A DNA stretch of 63,109 nucleotides, counting the filler, from Choristocarpus tenellus KU-1152 (Eukaryota > Protista > Phaeophyceae), in NCBI GenBank assembly GCA_964200185.2. It is 10 parts of 10 records of this genome, joined end to end, with 100 filler letters (N's around TTAATTAATTAA, not from the genome) between each part and the next. Parts side by side here need not be neighbours in the genome. Positions count along the whole stretch, not along the records: positions 1 to 3,181 come from CAXNAD020021733.1; positions 3,282 to 10,565 come from CAXNAD020006407.1; positions 10,666 to 14,964 come from CAXNAD020015231.1; 7 more parts are not named here. One strand, given 5' to 3'. Under the pieces are notes generated by a model. That model had not been told where the DNA came from, ran no database searches, and saw only the letters and a program-made list of their open reading frames with translations. Shown here one piece after another: positions 1-12,656 of the stretch. Position 1 is the first letter of the stretch. Each line of letters opens with the position of its first letter. Position numbers and translations under genes: made by a program.

Positions 1-1835
1 CAAAGGACCCCTACTTTGACGGCTTGAAGTACCTCGAGTTTGTACCTGATGATCCTCGACCCCCACCTTTTCTGAAAGCTGAGATTGCCAACCCGATTTC
101 ATTGTGGGGTATCATCCGATTCGTCGCCATTCTCGCTCGGCGAGCCCAGAGGTAGTACATAGTTTTTGAGCGTGCAAAAATGTATATAAAATCAACCCCC
201 CTTTTAGAGCCAATGAAGGTATAGACAAGATGGGTGCGACCACTAGCTATCACTTTTAAATTGCCTCTCTGTTGTCCTTAACAGATTTGAATAAATTCTG
301 GCAAAAGCTTGGAGGGAGCAAAAGAGATGCGGAATTGCAGTGACTCTTCAGGTAGAGAAATAGTACTGAGCTAGATCATGTAAAGCAAGCTGCTGAAGGT
401 CATGCATCCAGGAGTGGCAGTCGGTAGAGGTTGTGAGTGTGCTGTTATTTTAGTAAATTGTTGAGGTTGCAAGGCATGAAATAGGTTTGAACGTCACATT
501 TAATAAAGAAGTGATGGAAACTTTGCAGGGGATATAGAAGGAGGCTGATGCCAAAAGAAAAATCACCCAGCAAGGTACAAATGAAGATTATCATATACAA
601 AACATATGTTGTACATTATGCACAACGTGGAAAAGGAGAATGCCTGGGCAAGAGAGCGAGGAAGTTCAATGAGATGATTTATGTAGGAGAGCAACAGAAG
701 GAACAGAATCTTTGGATGTGGTTCAACTTCGAGATAGCTCCTCTAAATGAATGCATCTCATACCAAATTTTATCAAAATGCATTTTTCATGTCCCCAACT
801 TTGAACCAAACCCCTTCAACCTGAATCGCATTGCCTTCATTCATTGCCCACCCCCACTCCCTCACAATATAATAATAACAATATCGTTAGTTGCAACTCC
901 CATTGCACCGTTTGCAACAATGTTGCATCATCCCTGTCACCATAGTGTCCACAGTTCCACAAATTTCTGACATCTACCCTGCTTCCTCGAATATCCACTT
1001 CCGAATGCTGTTCAAACACTCTCCCAACCCATGAATATACGGCTGCGAGGGCCGCAGTGGCCAAAAGATTCCTGGCAAGGGCGAACGGTGCTATTGCCAA
1101 GGTCCAGACCCTATTCAAGAGGGCCAAATTGGTGGCAAGGGTTCGGGAGAGGTGATTTTGCTTTGGCCAGTATTACTATGATGGTTGCGCCACACTGATT
1201 GAAGGTGTAAAGTATAGAAATGCGGGGGAGGTCAAGTAGTAGAAGGGAAAAGGTGAAAGAGCAGGAGTGTGGTTCACATCGTGTTTGGTGATGGAAAGTG
1301 TGTTTCAACACTATGATGATAAAATGCGATCATTGTGCATGCCCAAGTATCCGCACTCCTGTTGGAGGTGCTATAAATTGAACACTTTTGCTCCTATAGA
1401 ATGAATGTCTTGTAAGCACTGCGTTTCTACCCCTACCAACTAATTACCAATGGTGGGTCAAAGTGGTATATAAAAGAGGAACACAGTGCTGAATTTGAGG
1501 AATGCTAATAAATACGAGCAAAATTCGCCATCTTGTACAAATTCGTATAGGGATGTTTCTGAACTCTGCAGGACAGTTTGAAACAAAGAAAAATGAACAC
1601 ACTCACGTCAACCTTAGCCACCTATCCATGTGAAGAAGGGTGAATTGAAAATGATGAAGAAAGTGACTGAATATGCAAACCCCAACCGTAAGCCAAATAT
1701 ACCGAGAGGTAGGCAGTGTTACGCCTTAAGGATCACAAGAAAGGAAAAGGAAATTTCCATTTTATACAATTGCAGAAAGATCCTTTGCTGAATTGTAGTG
1801 CCACGTTAAGTGTGGAAAGGGGTTATATCAATTTT

Positions 1836-2048
1836 GAGTGAAAGTATCTTAGAGGATAGGAGTTTTTCCCTGTTTGTCCGTTTGGGGCTTGACTTCGGAG
1901 TAGGAAAAATGTATACGTTATGAAAAGGTGTGTCCGAAGGATAATGACACTTCCTAACAAACACAATAGCCAAAATTACGTCAATATCGCAACATTGGAG
2001 TTTGGCCCCCAAATGAACACGGCTCTACCCTCTAAGATACTTTGACTC
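1836..2048 (+). mobile_element. MITE family copy A (internally deleted)
   Basis: TIRs GAGTGAAAGTATCTTAGAGG...CCTCTAAGATACTTTGACTC, flanked by T runs on both sides. Confidence 0.85.
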
Positions 2049-3066
2049 TTTTGCATACAATATTGTAAGTGAATGAAATAGAGTGTATTGCGCGAGATAA
2101 GAACGTTGGCTTAGGATGCAAACGGCTCCAAACCTTCCTACCTCTCAATTGGTTTGGCTCGAAAAGGAAAGAGAAGAAACTGGGTAAACCTCACTTACTT
2201 TGGCTCTGTGTCCTGTGCGGGCAATCTTATTTATCTAGTTCACAATGCACAGAGCAGCAATATGCACAGCTGTAGTAGATGTGGTCAATTCCAACCGACC
2301 ATTTTTTTTGCTGCGGCCTGGTGGGTCATAGTTTGGATTCTCCATGCGAATGTATGGACACATGCAGGTCTCCGAGTGGTGGTGGGTATTGCCAACGTCT
2401 GTTGCACCTGCCACATATGGTGGTAGTTACGTATATTTGAATATCGTTTTTTGTGTATGCACATAGACACATTTGCTGTGCATAAATAGCAAGATCCTCC
2501 TCTACGCAACTGACTTCTACACAGGGTATGGGTGATGAGTGTTTGGTCTAGTTGATACTTGGAAGTACTAGTTTAATATCGTACATACAAAGGGATGTGT
2601 ATCCTCCCACTGCTCTTCTGTATCCTCCATGGCAGAGCTCCTGCGACAAGATGGCTATATTGTCCAGATTTTCTTCTAAAACCACTTCTCTCTCTCTCTC
2701 TCTGCATGTGCATGTGAGATGACATCACCACATGTCCCACTGCCTCTACTCTTGTCTGTTCAAGGTATAGATCTCTCGTAGCTGAACTGCAGCTGAAACA
2801 GCATCAGTCAGCCATTGCCATTCAGGAAGGGGAAGGTGATGAAGACTACGTGGGGGGTACATTTGAGCTCTGTTGGTAGTTGGAAGAGTGTGAGATGTGA
2901 TCTTTTAGTTTTGGTTGAAATAGAGTATGGACGGAAAGCGGTTGGTGAGGAGACACTATCCAGCATGGAGTACTCCTGAGCATTTAATGGGTGTCATGTG
3001 GAAAGAAGTTGTGAATGGTGGGTGTGAATTAATTTGAAAATGACTTGAAAATAAAATGGTGAAGGA

Positions 3067-3181
3067 GAGCCAAAGTATCTTAGAGGGTAGAGCCGCGTCC
3101 ATTTGGGGGTCAAAATCCAATGCTGCAATTTCGATGTATTTTCGGTTATTGTGTTTGCTAGGAAGTGTCAATACCCTTGTT
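3067..3181 (-). mobile_element. MITE family copy B (half, cut by spacer)
   Basis: GAGCCAAAGTATCTTAGAGGGTAGAGCCGCGTCCATTTGGGG matches the reverse complement of the family's right end. Confidence 0.85.
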
Positions 3182-3281
3182 NNNNNNNNNNNNNNNNNNN
3201 NNNNNNNNNNNNNNNNNNNNNNNNNTTAATTAATTAANNNNNNNNNNNNNNNNNNNNNNNNNNNNNNNNNNNNNNNNNNNN
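3182..3281. other. Artificial contig spacer N44-TTAATTAATTAA-N44; identical spacers at 10566-10665, 14965-15064, 19006-19105, 33224-33323, 37044-37143, 42557-42656, 54813-54912, 59093-59192
   Basis: Invariant 100-bp structure whose core gives stop codons in all six frames. Confidence 0.98.
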
Positions 3282-3401
3282 CCCCCCCCCCCCCTCCCCC
3301 CCCCCAGCTTGATGTGTCGTCTTGACATCAGGAGAGTAGTTTTTGTATGGTGCTTGTCGTTATCTATGATGCCAATGGGTGAAGTGCTTCTGGTCCATAT
3401 T

Positions 3402-4026
3402 GGTTAGGGTTAGGATTGGAGTTGGGTTAGGGCTAGGGCTAGGGCTAGGGTTAGGGTTAGGGTTAGTGTGTTTCAAATATACTATTTTAGTATCAATAAA
3501 CTGAAAACGTACTCGAAGGTTAATGTTTTTGTTTTTTCTGCATCTCACAACTTGAACCATGATATAATGCATGCGTTTATCTTACGTAATGCGACACCCC
3601 GTGTTTTTTCTTTTAATAATAATTATTATTCTTATTAATTATTCTCAGCGGGCTCTTTACCGTACTCTTCTAATGTTCATCTTCCACTGGTGTGTGGCAC
3701 TGCTTTGCACCAGGACAGTCAAGGACACACAGTGTGGTAAGTTCCAAGAGGTGTTTGTGCTTATTTTGAAGGAGGAATTTTTTTCAAGGGTGTGTTTGAG
3801 AATTGCTAAAATAGCAATAGTATAGCGATTGGGTTAGGGTTAGGGTTAGGGTTAGGGTTAGGAACTGTTGTGTGAGAGATTCATTTACTCCAATGTAGAT
3901 AATGATGTTTATGATCGGTGTGCAATGTTGGACTGTTTATTGAATAAAAATGCAATGGATTACTCTGTAGCACTCTGTGGCATCTAGTTGTAGTATTAAA
4001 CACATGGATTGGAATGGTGTGAAATA

Positions 4027-4057
<31 letters not shown>

Positions 4058-4410
4058 TTGCATGACTACCACAGTGAAAGGAGTATCAAATTGGTGTACC
4101 CATTATTGAACCCTACCTTCTAACCCTTTTGGCCTCAGAAGCCTTTGAAGAGGTATCCTAAGGGTGAGATGATTGTGAATGCCATGTTGACCTCGTGATA
4201 GCTGTTGCCCCTTGGACCCTCTGGTGCCCTCGAAACCCCTCTAAGTTTCATTTGCAAGAGCTACGGTCTGGAAGTATTTATTGTTGGGAAATGACTTCAG
4301 GACTGTAGATAAACATATCAATCTTACTTTTTGTAGAGTGTACATCACTCAAGTAGTTTCTCATGTGTATGGTATGAAGATATAAATAAAGGGCTAGGGT
4401 TAGGGTTAGG
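3402..4410 (+). repeat. Three interstitial telomere-type (TTAGGG/CTAGGG)n tracts: 3402-3466, 3831-3862, 4390-4410
   Basis: Seen directly; all lie in ALG5 intronic sequence. Confidence 0.9.
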
Positions 4411-6924
4411 TTCTTGGAACGTGCAGCTTCATTTCTTGCTCTATGATAGGCTGGCTACAGGTCAGTTCAACCCGAGGGTCTGAGATATTTCCAGCCATGG
4501 TAGGGCAAGGGTTGTACTGAGGTTGATGTTTGATTGAGAAAGTTTGCATGCACTCTTTGATCGGTTTGCCTTATGCATCCCTTCATCCCCCTTGTAAGTC
4601 TAGTGGAATTTTCTTGGAAGAGTCAAATGCTTTTCTTATTTTTTCATTTCCAAATGCCGACTTGGTGCTTTCATGGTCACTGTACAGAGCTTGACATTCG
4701 TGTGTTATTTTTCCTCATGAGGTGTATTATGTACAAATGTGTTAGGATGTTTGAGCAAAATGTAATTCACTATCTAAAAAGTCTTGTATGTCATTTTATG
4801 TCAACATGGTAGTTCTAATACTATGTGATGGGATGATACATCAGAATTTTCCGATAATGTGTTTCATTTTGTGCAAGCACGCTATTATGTATAAATGTAT
4901 TATATGTATGCATTATGTACAAATGTGTTAGGCATAATATTGTTTATTCATCTATCATATCCTGTCAACATACCTTCAAAATCACACTCATAATTCCAGT
5001 AAAGTATATTACTTCGAAGTATAGTACAGCATTTTTCCCTTACAGTCCGCTGTAGTAGGTGAGCAACAATAAACAAAGTATGCAAATCCTCATAAAAATT
5101 AACACTTCCCTGAATGAAGAGTTCCCCCAAAAAAACCTTGGCTTATTGTCTCAGTTTTCTGGTTGCACATACACAAGAGATTGAAAGTGTCGTACCCTCT
5201 CCATTACTCAGACTAACTAAATTAACAACGTACATAAATGTATTAGGCATGAATGTATCAGGTATAAATGTATTAGGTATAAATGAATTAGGCATGAATG
5301 TATCAGGTATAAATGTATTAGGTATAAATAAATTAGGCATGAATGTATCAGGTATAAATGTATTAGGTATAAATGAATTAGGCATGAATGTATCAGGTAT
5401 AAATGAATTAGGCATGAATGTATCAGGTATAAATGTATTAGGTATAAATGAATTAGGCATGAATGTATCAGGTATAAATGTATTAGGTATAAATGAATTA
5501 GGCATGAATGTATCAGGTATAAATGTATCAGGCATAAATGTATTAGGTATAAATGTATTAGGCATGAATGTATCAGGTATAAATGTAATATGAATAACAA
5601 AAAAAAGTTTTTTCTGCGACACACGATGTCCATTTTTTAAAAAATTCTACTGTTGTGATAATGAAGACCGCTGAAGTTGGTATTCATACTGCTGAAGTCA
5701 CCACCATTGGAGCACTTATCAATAGGTCACCAGTCCAGGACCGTTCCCTCTGCCTACCAGTACGTTGAAGGAAGTGAATCTATTCTTAGAAATGCCTTGA
5801 GAACGATGGAACTGAGTCTCATGTGTGACCAAACGTGAGCAGGGTTCAAGCTGTTAACAAGGGACACAGCTATGGTGGTGTTCCAGTCTCTTCACCTTCA
5901 GCGATGGGCGTTTGATGTGGAGATGATATACATCTGTAAGGTCCTTGGGATACCTATGGTGGTGAGTTGGAATGTTCATTGGTTTTTGATTGTCACATTT
6001 GAATACACAGGTTTGTGGTGCTACTGGAATTGACCTTTTGAGGAGAGTTCATGCCATGAGGAGGGGGGGGGGGGGGCGAAAGGTGGGCGGGTAAATGCCT
6101 GGTTCTTTTTTTTGTTTAGTTTGTTGGGTGGAGGAGTGGTGGGGGGGGGGGGGGGGGGGGGGGTGGGGGGGGGGGGGGGGGGGGGGGGCTAAAGGTGGTC
6201 GAGTAAATGCCTTGTTCTAAATACACTAGTGGGAAGTCTTCCCATCAAATAAGAAGGCGTCTTCACTGAGGGAAATATTGAATCCAAATGGTAGAAGGAT
6301 GCATGTGGCAGTTGCTGGGAGGTGGGCCAGCCGTATACCCTCTTCAAGGCAGCAAGAGTAGTGTTCTTGCAAAGACCCCCTTCCCGATTATCCATAGGTT
6401 TTGTTCATCAAGCACCCAAGGACAATCTTGAGGTCGTAGAATACCTTCATGACCCAGAAGGACAACAGTGCGATCGATTGGTTGGGCCCTCATGGCCAAG
6501 GGCATCGCTACCCCCGCCTCCCTTCTTCACACAACATGCATGGCAACCCTAACCCTTCAAGGCACAATCCCTTTTTTATATTTTTTAAATCTCTCGAACA
6601 TGTTAATTCCTGTCGCAGGAGGTGGCAGTGAACTGGGTGGAGGTGCCTGGCTCAAAGCTCATCACATCCAAGCTGGATGTAGTCACTACTTCTGCTTGTA
6701 TGTTGAGGGATATGATCTGTGTGCGCCTCTGCTACACCTTTGGCGTTTGGGCCCTCGTTGGTCCTACAAATGGTTTCCCAAAAACTGGGCAGGCGTCTCT
6801 GTCAGGGGTTGCTGGGGGAATAGCTGGGACTGGGAGAATGGCAGGAAATGGGGTAGGGACAGGAGTCGTAGATACTGTGGGGGACAATAAGGGTGTTGTG
6901 GGTAATTGCAAGAAGGATACTTGA
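3649..6924 (+). CDS. ALG5: Dolichyl-phosphate beta-glucosyltransferase (GT2), 3' part; exons 3649-3736, 5843-5961, 6619-6924; 5' end lost at the spacer
   Basis: GT-AG introns with consistent phases give RALYRTLLMFIFHWCVALLCTRTVKDTQCG|FKLLTRDTAMVVFQSLHLQRWAFDVEMIYICKVLGIPMV|EVAVNWVEVPGSKL. This contains the ALG5 motifs DTQCGFK, RWAFDVE and EVAVNWxExxGSK. Confidence 0.9.
5231..5590. repeat. 15-bp minisatellite, 24 units, with 45-bp higher-order structure, in an ALG5 intron
   Basis: Units GGCATGAATGTATCA / GGTATAAATGTATTA / GGTATAAATGAATTA. Confidence 0.95.
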
Positions 6925-7270
6925 CGGGGTGGAAATGGGGGGGGGTTCTGATAGCTGCAAAATTGGATTACCCACCTCATGAGTACTGGATTTAGAATGA
7001 ATGCAACCACTTACATTCTCAGCCAATTTTTAATTGCACTTGTGGACCAGGAATAATTGGTTCCCTTTCCTGTCATCACACTCTGATAAGATATGGTGCC
7101 ATCATATGATCAGAGATCGTCGGGACATTTGTATGTGGCCGACTGTTGCAGTAGATATATTGTATCGTGCTCATAGCTTTGAAAGACCATTTTAGATAAT
7201 AATTTTAAGGTGAAATGAAAGTGAATTGAACATTTCTGCTCCAGTCAAGGGTTTAGTGTAAGAGTGCTTG

Positions 7271-7480
7271 TGTTGCCTCTCCTTCTCGTCATGTGTGTGA
7301 TGTGTGTTGTGTGTTGTGTGTTGTGTGTTGTGTGTTGTGTGTTGTGTGTTATGTGATGTGTGTTGTGTGATGTGTGTTGTGTGTTGTGTGCTGTGTGATG
7401 TGTGTTGTGTGTTGTGTGATGTGTGTTGTGTGCTGTGTGATGTGTGTTGTGTGTTGTGTGCGTGTGTGTGTATGTGTGTA
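7271..7480. repeat. TG-rich heptamer microsatellite (TGTGTTG/TGTGATG variants), core ~7291-7480
   Basis: Seen directly in the sequence. Confidence 0.9.
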
Positions 7481-10400
7481 CACCTGAATTGTTTGTCTTG
7501 TGGTGATTTGTGTTGTGCATGTGTTAGTTGCATGTTGTTTTCTTATAATTACTGTACTATGGGAGGGAACTGGTGTAGCAAGAGGGATAAATTTTATTTA
7601 CTACTTGGCTTGGAGTCCTAATATCTCCTGGCAATGAGTCACACTGACTGAGAGGTAGGGTTAGGGTTTGCTGCGTAGGAATCCTGAAAAAAAAGGACAC
7701 TATTTTGAACAATTGCAGAAATACCCTCTGCTGAATTTCGGTGTCTCTTTGTGTGTGGAGAGGGGAATATACCTTTTTCGTGTACTCCATTGGGAAAATA
7801 ATAAAATGAAATAGAGTGTACTGCACAGGGTTTAAAAAAGATTGCTTAGAGTGCAAAAGGGTCCAAGCCTGCCTACCTCTCAATTGTTTTGGCTCAGTAC
7901 AATGGTGGTACATGGGATGCTAGTTCCTTGGCATTGTCATTGCGATTGTTGTGTAAGCTGAACGGAGTTGTGGTATTTGAGAGTATGATAAGGTGGTGGG
8001 GAGGCAATTTCCAAGTCGGACTGTAAAAGATACTACTGTTGTAGAGTTATAGTATTGATAGCAAGTATTTATGATAGCTGTAGGCAGTTAGCCTTTTCCC
8101 AAGACCTAGGTTGATTTTGGTGAGGCTTGTGAGGCACAAGCAGTCATGTATTATAGAGTCAATAGTAGAATCTGACTGATTATGCATTTTCAAGTATTTA
8201 GTATTACTAGGACGTAGGCTATCTACTTAAGCAATTTATCCTGAGAAAGGTTGGGATGAAGGTAAATCACCGCTTACATTGGCAAGACCCTTTGCTTCTT
8301 CCTCCAGTCCTGAACTTGTTAATGCGATAATAATCGATGTATTTGCCGCCATATCAATATATGTACGACTGTAATTAATTTTGTTCATGGGCATCCTCAT
8401 TGGTGTCTGGACATGTACCACCTGGAGACTCCCAGGATACAAATCAAGAGAATACTTGGGATTTGTGTGGTCCATGAGGTGGTCGCTTGTTCTATTTTGA
8501 CTGCCATGGCCCTGGCCTGGATGCACTCATATTAGAAGGGTTACGTTCCTACAACTACCTTCCACTGGTTTAAGGAGCAGTGGTACTGTACTTATTGATA
8601 GTATAAATTATTTTTTAAGGTGTCTAGTAGATGTCGCACAATTATTTTATGTCTCATGTTTCATGTCCTTGTTGCATTACTTGGAAGTTTTTTTTCATGT
8701 GATGGGTAGCCACTTTATTCCTGTCTTTTAGAATAATGCTGGCTCGTTACCTACCTAGAACTCTATTTACTATCACAATTTGGTATTCCATCTTCCAGGT
8801 ATGTCCAGATTCAGCTGCCTTGGTTGTACCAGTTCCTGGATCAAATGCTTTCCTAGGAGTGAGTGCCAACACATACCAATTGTGCAATGTGTGCTGAGTG
8901 TACTACATGCTGTTGTTTCCCTGAAGACTCCCAAGATATACTTGGACCAGTTTGGAGGTGATTGGGTAAATCGGAACACTGGGGACCCTTTTAGACCAAG
9001 TCAGAAATGTGCGCATTGTAACTTTTGAACCAGACACTCAGAAGTAACAGGTGTGAGCACACTCTGATTAGGTAAGATGCATGTTTACTCTGATTGCATC
9101 CTGTGGATTTCGGACAGACACTTCAAGAGAAACAAAGATATGATTGGATCTGTTTAGAGGTGACAAATACATACCTGCTTCTGCTGCACGATTGAGATGA
9201 TAGATGATTTGTATTGTCATAACTTCAGACAATCGTCTGTTGTGAGTGTGAAACATGTGTACCTAGTTCACGCTGGGGACCATGTGACAGGCTATTAGCG
9301 TATGTACGCTACCTGCGTTTTAACTGGCAAGGGGGAATTGTGCACACGGACAGCCTACAAGGGAAAGGACCAAAGCCCTCTCATTAATACAGTGCAAAGT
9401 CTGTATCTTGAGAGTTAACTGGAGTATTCAGTGGACATGTATGGCAGATAGTAACCTAATGTAATGTTATCTTATAGTCATGGCATTCGGAATGCAATTG
9501 AGGATGATTCACCCCCTCAAGTCCATCTCCCGCCAGTGAAACATCAACCCTGAAAGAACTGTAATGTTTATCATGATAGCAGCCTCTCAACCACCCAACT
9601 TGCTGGTTGACAGCTTTTAGACACACCACAAGCGCTGTCTACAAGCCTCATAATTAGCCTACATGCTTGTGGATTGGAGCTACATATCCCACCAAGGTAA
9701 GTTCCTGGGATCGTTTTGAAATAATCTCGGTGCTCTCTGTGCTTTGCATCAATGCCTTAGACACTAAATACTTGAAAAAAATACTTTGCAGCTATCCTCA
9801 CAGCAAATGCTGTATCTCTCGAACCCTGTGTAACTCCCAATATCGCCACCTATACACCCACAATAGCTTTCTGTCCGTTGTATCCCTTCTCATTGAAGAC
9901 CTTGCAATATCTTCCTTTTTCCCAGCAATGTGGAATCTCTATCCTATTCCAATAATCTCAATACAATTATAATATCCTCATAAGATTAGGCACCTAGTCG
10001 AAATCCAATTTTCCCCTCAGAACACCCAATGACCCTTGCCCTCTGTTTTCACCTCATCTCTATTTTTCATGTGATTTGACCAAGAATCACAAAAGATATG
10101 GTCATACAGCTACTCATTATCTGTACCATAATATAGTTGCGGTAGGTAGTACTATGTAGTGTATGATAAGTAATTCAGTGTGCAGTGTATCTGACCACAG
10201 ATCACGAGAGGAGAGTTCCCAGACTAAAGTAGATATTTAGGAAGTAGAATGTGTTGGAATGTTCAAACACTATGGAAAAAAATAAAGAAGCACCAAAAAG
10301 GAGAAGAAAAAAAAACTCAGCGAAACTAAATCAGATAACTGACAGAAACCCAGGCGAAATGTGCGAACATCCAATACTTGGGATAGAACAGCCGATCATC

Positions 10401-10805
10401 AAAATTGAGGATGTAGCTTTCTACTGAGGATGGGCAAGACCCGGAATGGTGCGCGGAAAGTGCACATATATGTTTGTTCAAAAATATTTCGGTACTTGTG
10501 GAGGGCACCGCTACGATTTGGAAGTGACCTCGACCAAGCCAAAGGTACAAGGACAGACGGGTCCCNNNNNNNNNNNNNNNNNNNNNNNNNNNNNNNNNNN
10601 NNNNNNNNNTTAATTAATTAANNNNNNNNNNNNNNNNNNNNNNNNNNNNNNNNNNNNNNNNNNNNCCCCAAAAATTGTTCTTTCCCCCCCCCCCCCCCAC
10701 CCCCCACCTCCCACCCCCTTTCCTTTCCTCTTTTTTTTTTTCCTTTTCCTGACGTCCATTTGGTTTGCTCTTTTTTTTTTCTCCTCCCTTTTGTACTACC
10801 TCCAG

Positions 10806-11120
10806 GGCGACGGGCTACGGAGTGGCATTACTCTTCTACCTGGTGCAAGAACTCTCCAAGGAAAGGTGTTGATCACACTGTTGGGAGCAAGGACCCCCCA
10901 TCCACGTTACTAGATGGCACGATTTAAGCTTCAAGCGCTTTCATTCCCCTCCTCCCCTTGCTCTCTCTTCCTGAGCAAATTCCGGAAGACCCACTACAGG
11001 AAGGTGGCCAGAGGAGGGAGGGATAGGAAGGTAGTGCTCGGCTTGCCTGCCGCTAGGGATGTTGCTGAAGGAGATATTGAACTCTCAAAGCTGAGAAAGT
11101 CTCGAGGCATGTTGGAATAG
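10806..11120 (+). CDS. Probable last two exons (10806-10865, 11000-11120) of an unidentified, possibly membrane, protein
   Basis: A polypyrimidine/AG acceptor and a phase-consistent GT-AG intron give ATGYGVALLFYLVQELSKER|KVARGG...RGMLE*. No family recognised. Confidence 0.35.
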
Positions 11121-11437
11121 GTGTCAAGAGGTGACCTGTGTTGTGTTTACCGGTGTCAAAAGGCTCAAGAGTCGATGATGCTGCAGTCCTGGTTAGGGGT
11201 CCTTGCCTCTTGTGGTTGGGACAGGAGGTTCTGGGGGTGTGGTGTGAGGAACGAAGGCTGCCTGAGCTAGACACTGGTTCAGTCTGACCTAGACACTTCA
11301 ATCCCTCATGGCAGCCTTCCTCGCGGATCCTTTTTCAGTCTGAGCTTGCTTGTGGCGTAGGTATGCCAGAGCGAGCGCCTCTCATTGTGTGTGTTTTGTT
11401 CACTTCTGCTATCGTTACTTTGTCACACATACGAGTG

Positions 11438-11468
<31 letters not shown>

Positions 11469-12196
11469 GATTATGTTACCACTGCTGTACACGTTGTGTG
11501 ATGATGCAGTTATCATCATCCTTCAGCACTGTCTGCCTTTGGAGTCATCTTCCTGCCACCTGTCCTTGTTTGGATGTGATTGTCCCCAGGTTGTACCCCC
11601 CCCCCCCATCCAACTGTTGGATTTTGTTCCCTCCCTCCTTGTCCAGGTTTATTGTTTTACAGATATAGGTAGTGAGTGACTTTGTGGTTTTTGTTGTTGG
11701 CTTGCATATGCAGCAAACAAGTTGATAAATAAAACTGATGGCTTAATGCCGTGACTCTCGGATTCTGATATTGGTGTGTCACCATAATATATACTATCTG
11801 TTCTGTGGTATATTCCTTGACACCACCTCTCTGTGCCGTCAGCACAAGGACAGCGTGTGTGTGTCCCACAGCATGAATAAGTGTTTGATGGGATTGACTG
11901 CATTCCACAAGTCAGGTTCCATGGTTTCAGTGTTGTATGCAATCCATTTGTTCTCCTAGCTTTAGGCCCTTAGAACTCCCTTGCCCCTTGTGATTCTCTT
12001 TGAGGCTTGGCTCATCATCAGCTTTTTGCGGAGTTTGTAATGAAAAAAGGCGTATTGTATCACTAGTGAGTGTTGTGAGTCGCAATAACTCGATTAAAGT
12101 TGATTCCTTCAAACCATGTATTATTTTCTGATTGTAATTGAAACCTCTAGGCTAGACAGTTCTTTCTCACCCACGTGCGTACCGCACAATTTCCTC

Positions 12197-12223
12197 AGGG
12201 TTAGGGTTAGGGTTAGGGTTAGG
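12197..12223 (+). repeat. Interstitial (TTAGGG)4
   Basis: AGGGTTAGGGTTAGGGTTAGGGTTAGG. Confidence 0.9.
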
Positions 12224-12656
12224 CCCAAAGGGTGTGAGTAGGAGAAGAATGTGGGGGATTTCAAGGTGGTATCAATTATGGAATGTGTCTCAGAACTCCC
12301 TCCGGACACCCTATTTAGGACATGTAGGGGTGGGGAGAGGTGGAGGGTGATTACGAGGAGCCAAGCAACAACAGGTGTCTTGAAATGAATAGTGGGGGAG
12401 TGTAGGTTGAGATCAGCAGAGTATGCCTTGTACTCGGGCAGGGTAGGGGGAGTGATGAGAGTGGCAATAATGGGGTCGTCAGAGATAGTATACAGAGGGA
12501 GGGAAGGTGGAAATCAGGTGGATTCAGGGTATATGTAAGAGCTAACCCGAGAGATCCTATGTGGGTTTCGCAGGGCGTGGTAGAGAGTAGGAAGGATTGG
12601 GTATAACCAGGGCAGGAAATACTGGGATGAACTAGGGTAGAAATCAACACCGAAGA

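Noticed and set aside
5231-5590. CRISPR array or pentapeptide-repeat protein gene
   Set aside because: There are no unique spacers and no cas genes, and the context is a eukaryotic intron. The ORFs follow from the 15-bp periodicity.
7192-7621. His/Thr- and Cys/Val-rich ORFs
   Set aside because: They are translations of a TG microsatellite.
8236-9972. Possible minus-strand exons or TE coding remnant
   Set aside because: The frames are interrupted by stops and no family was recognisable.
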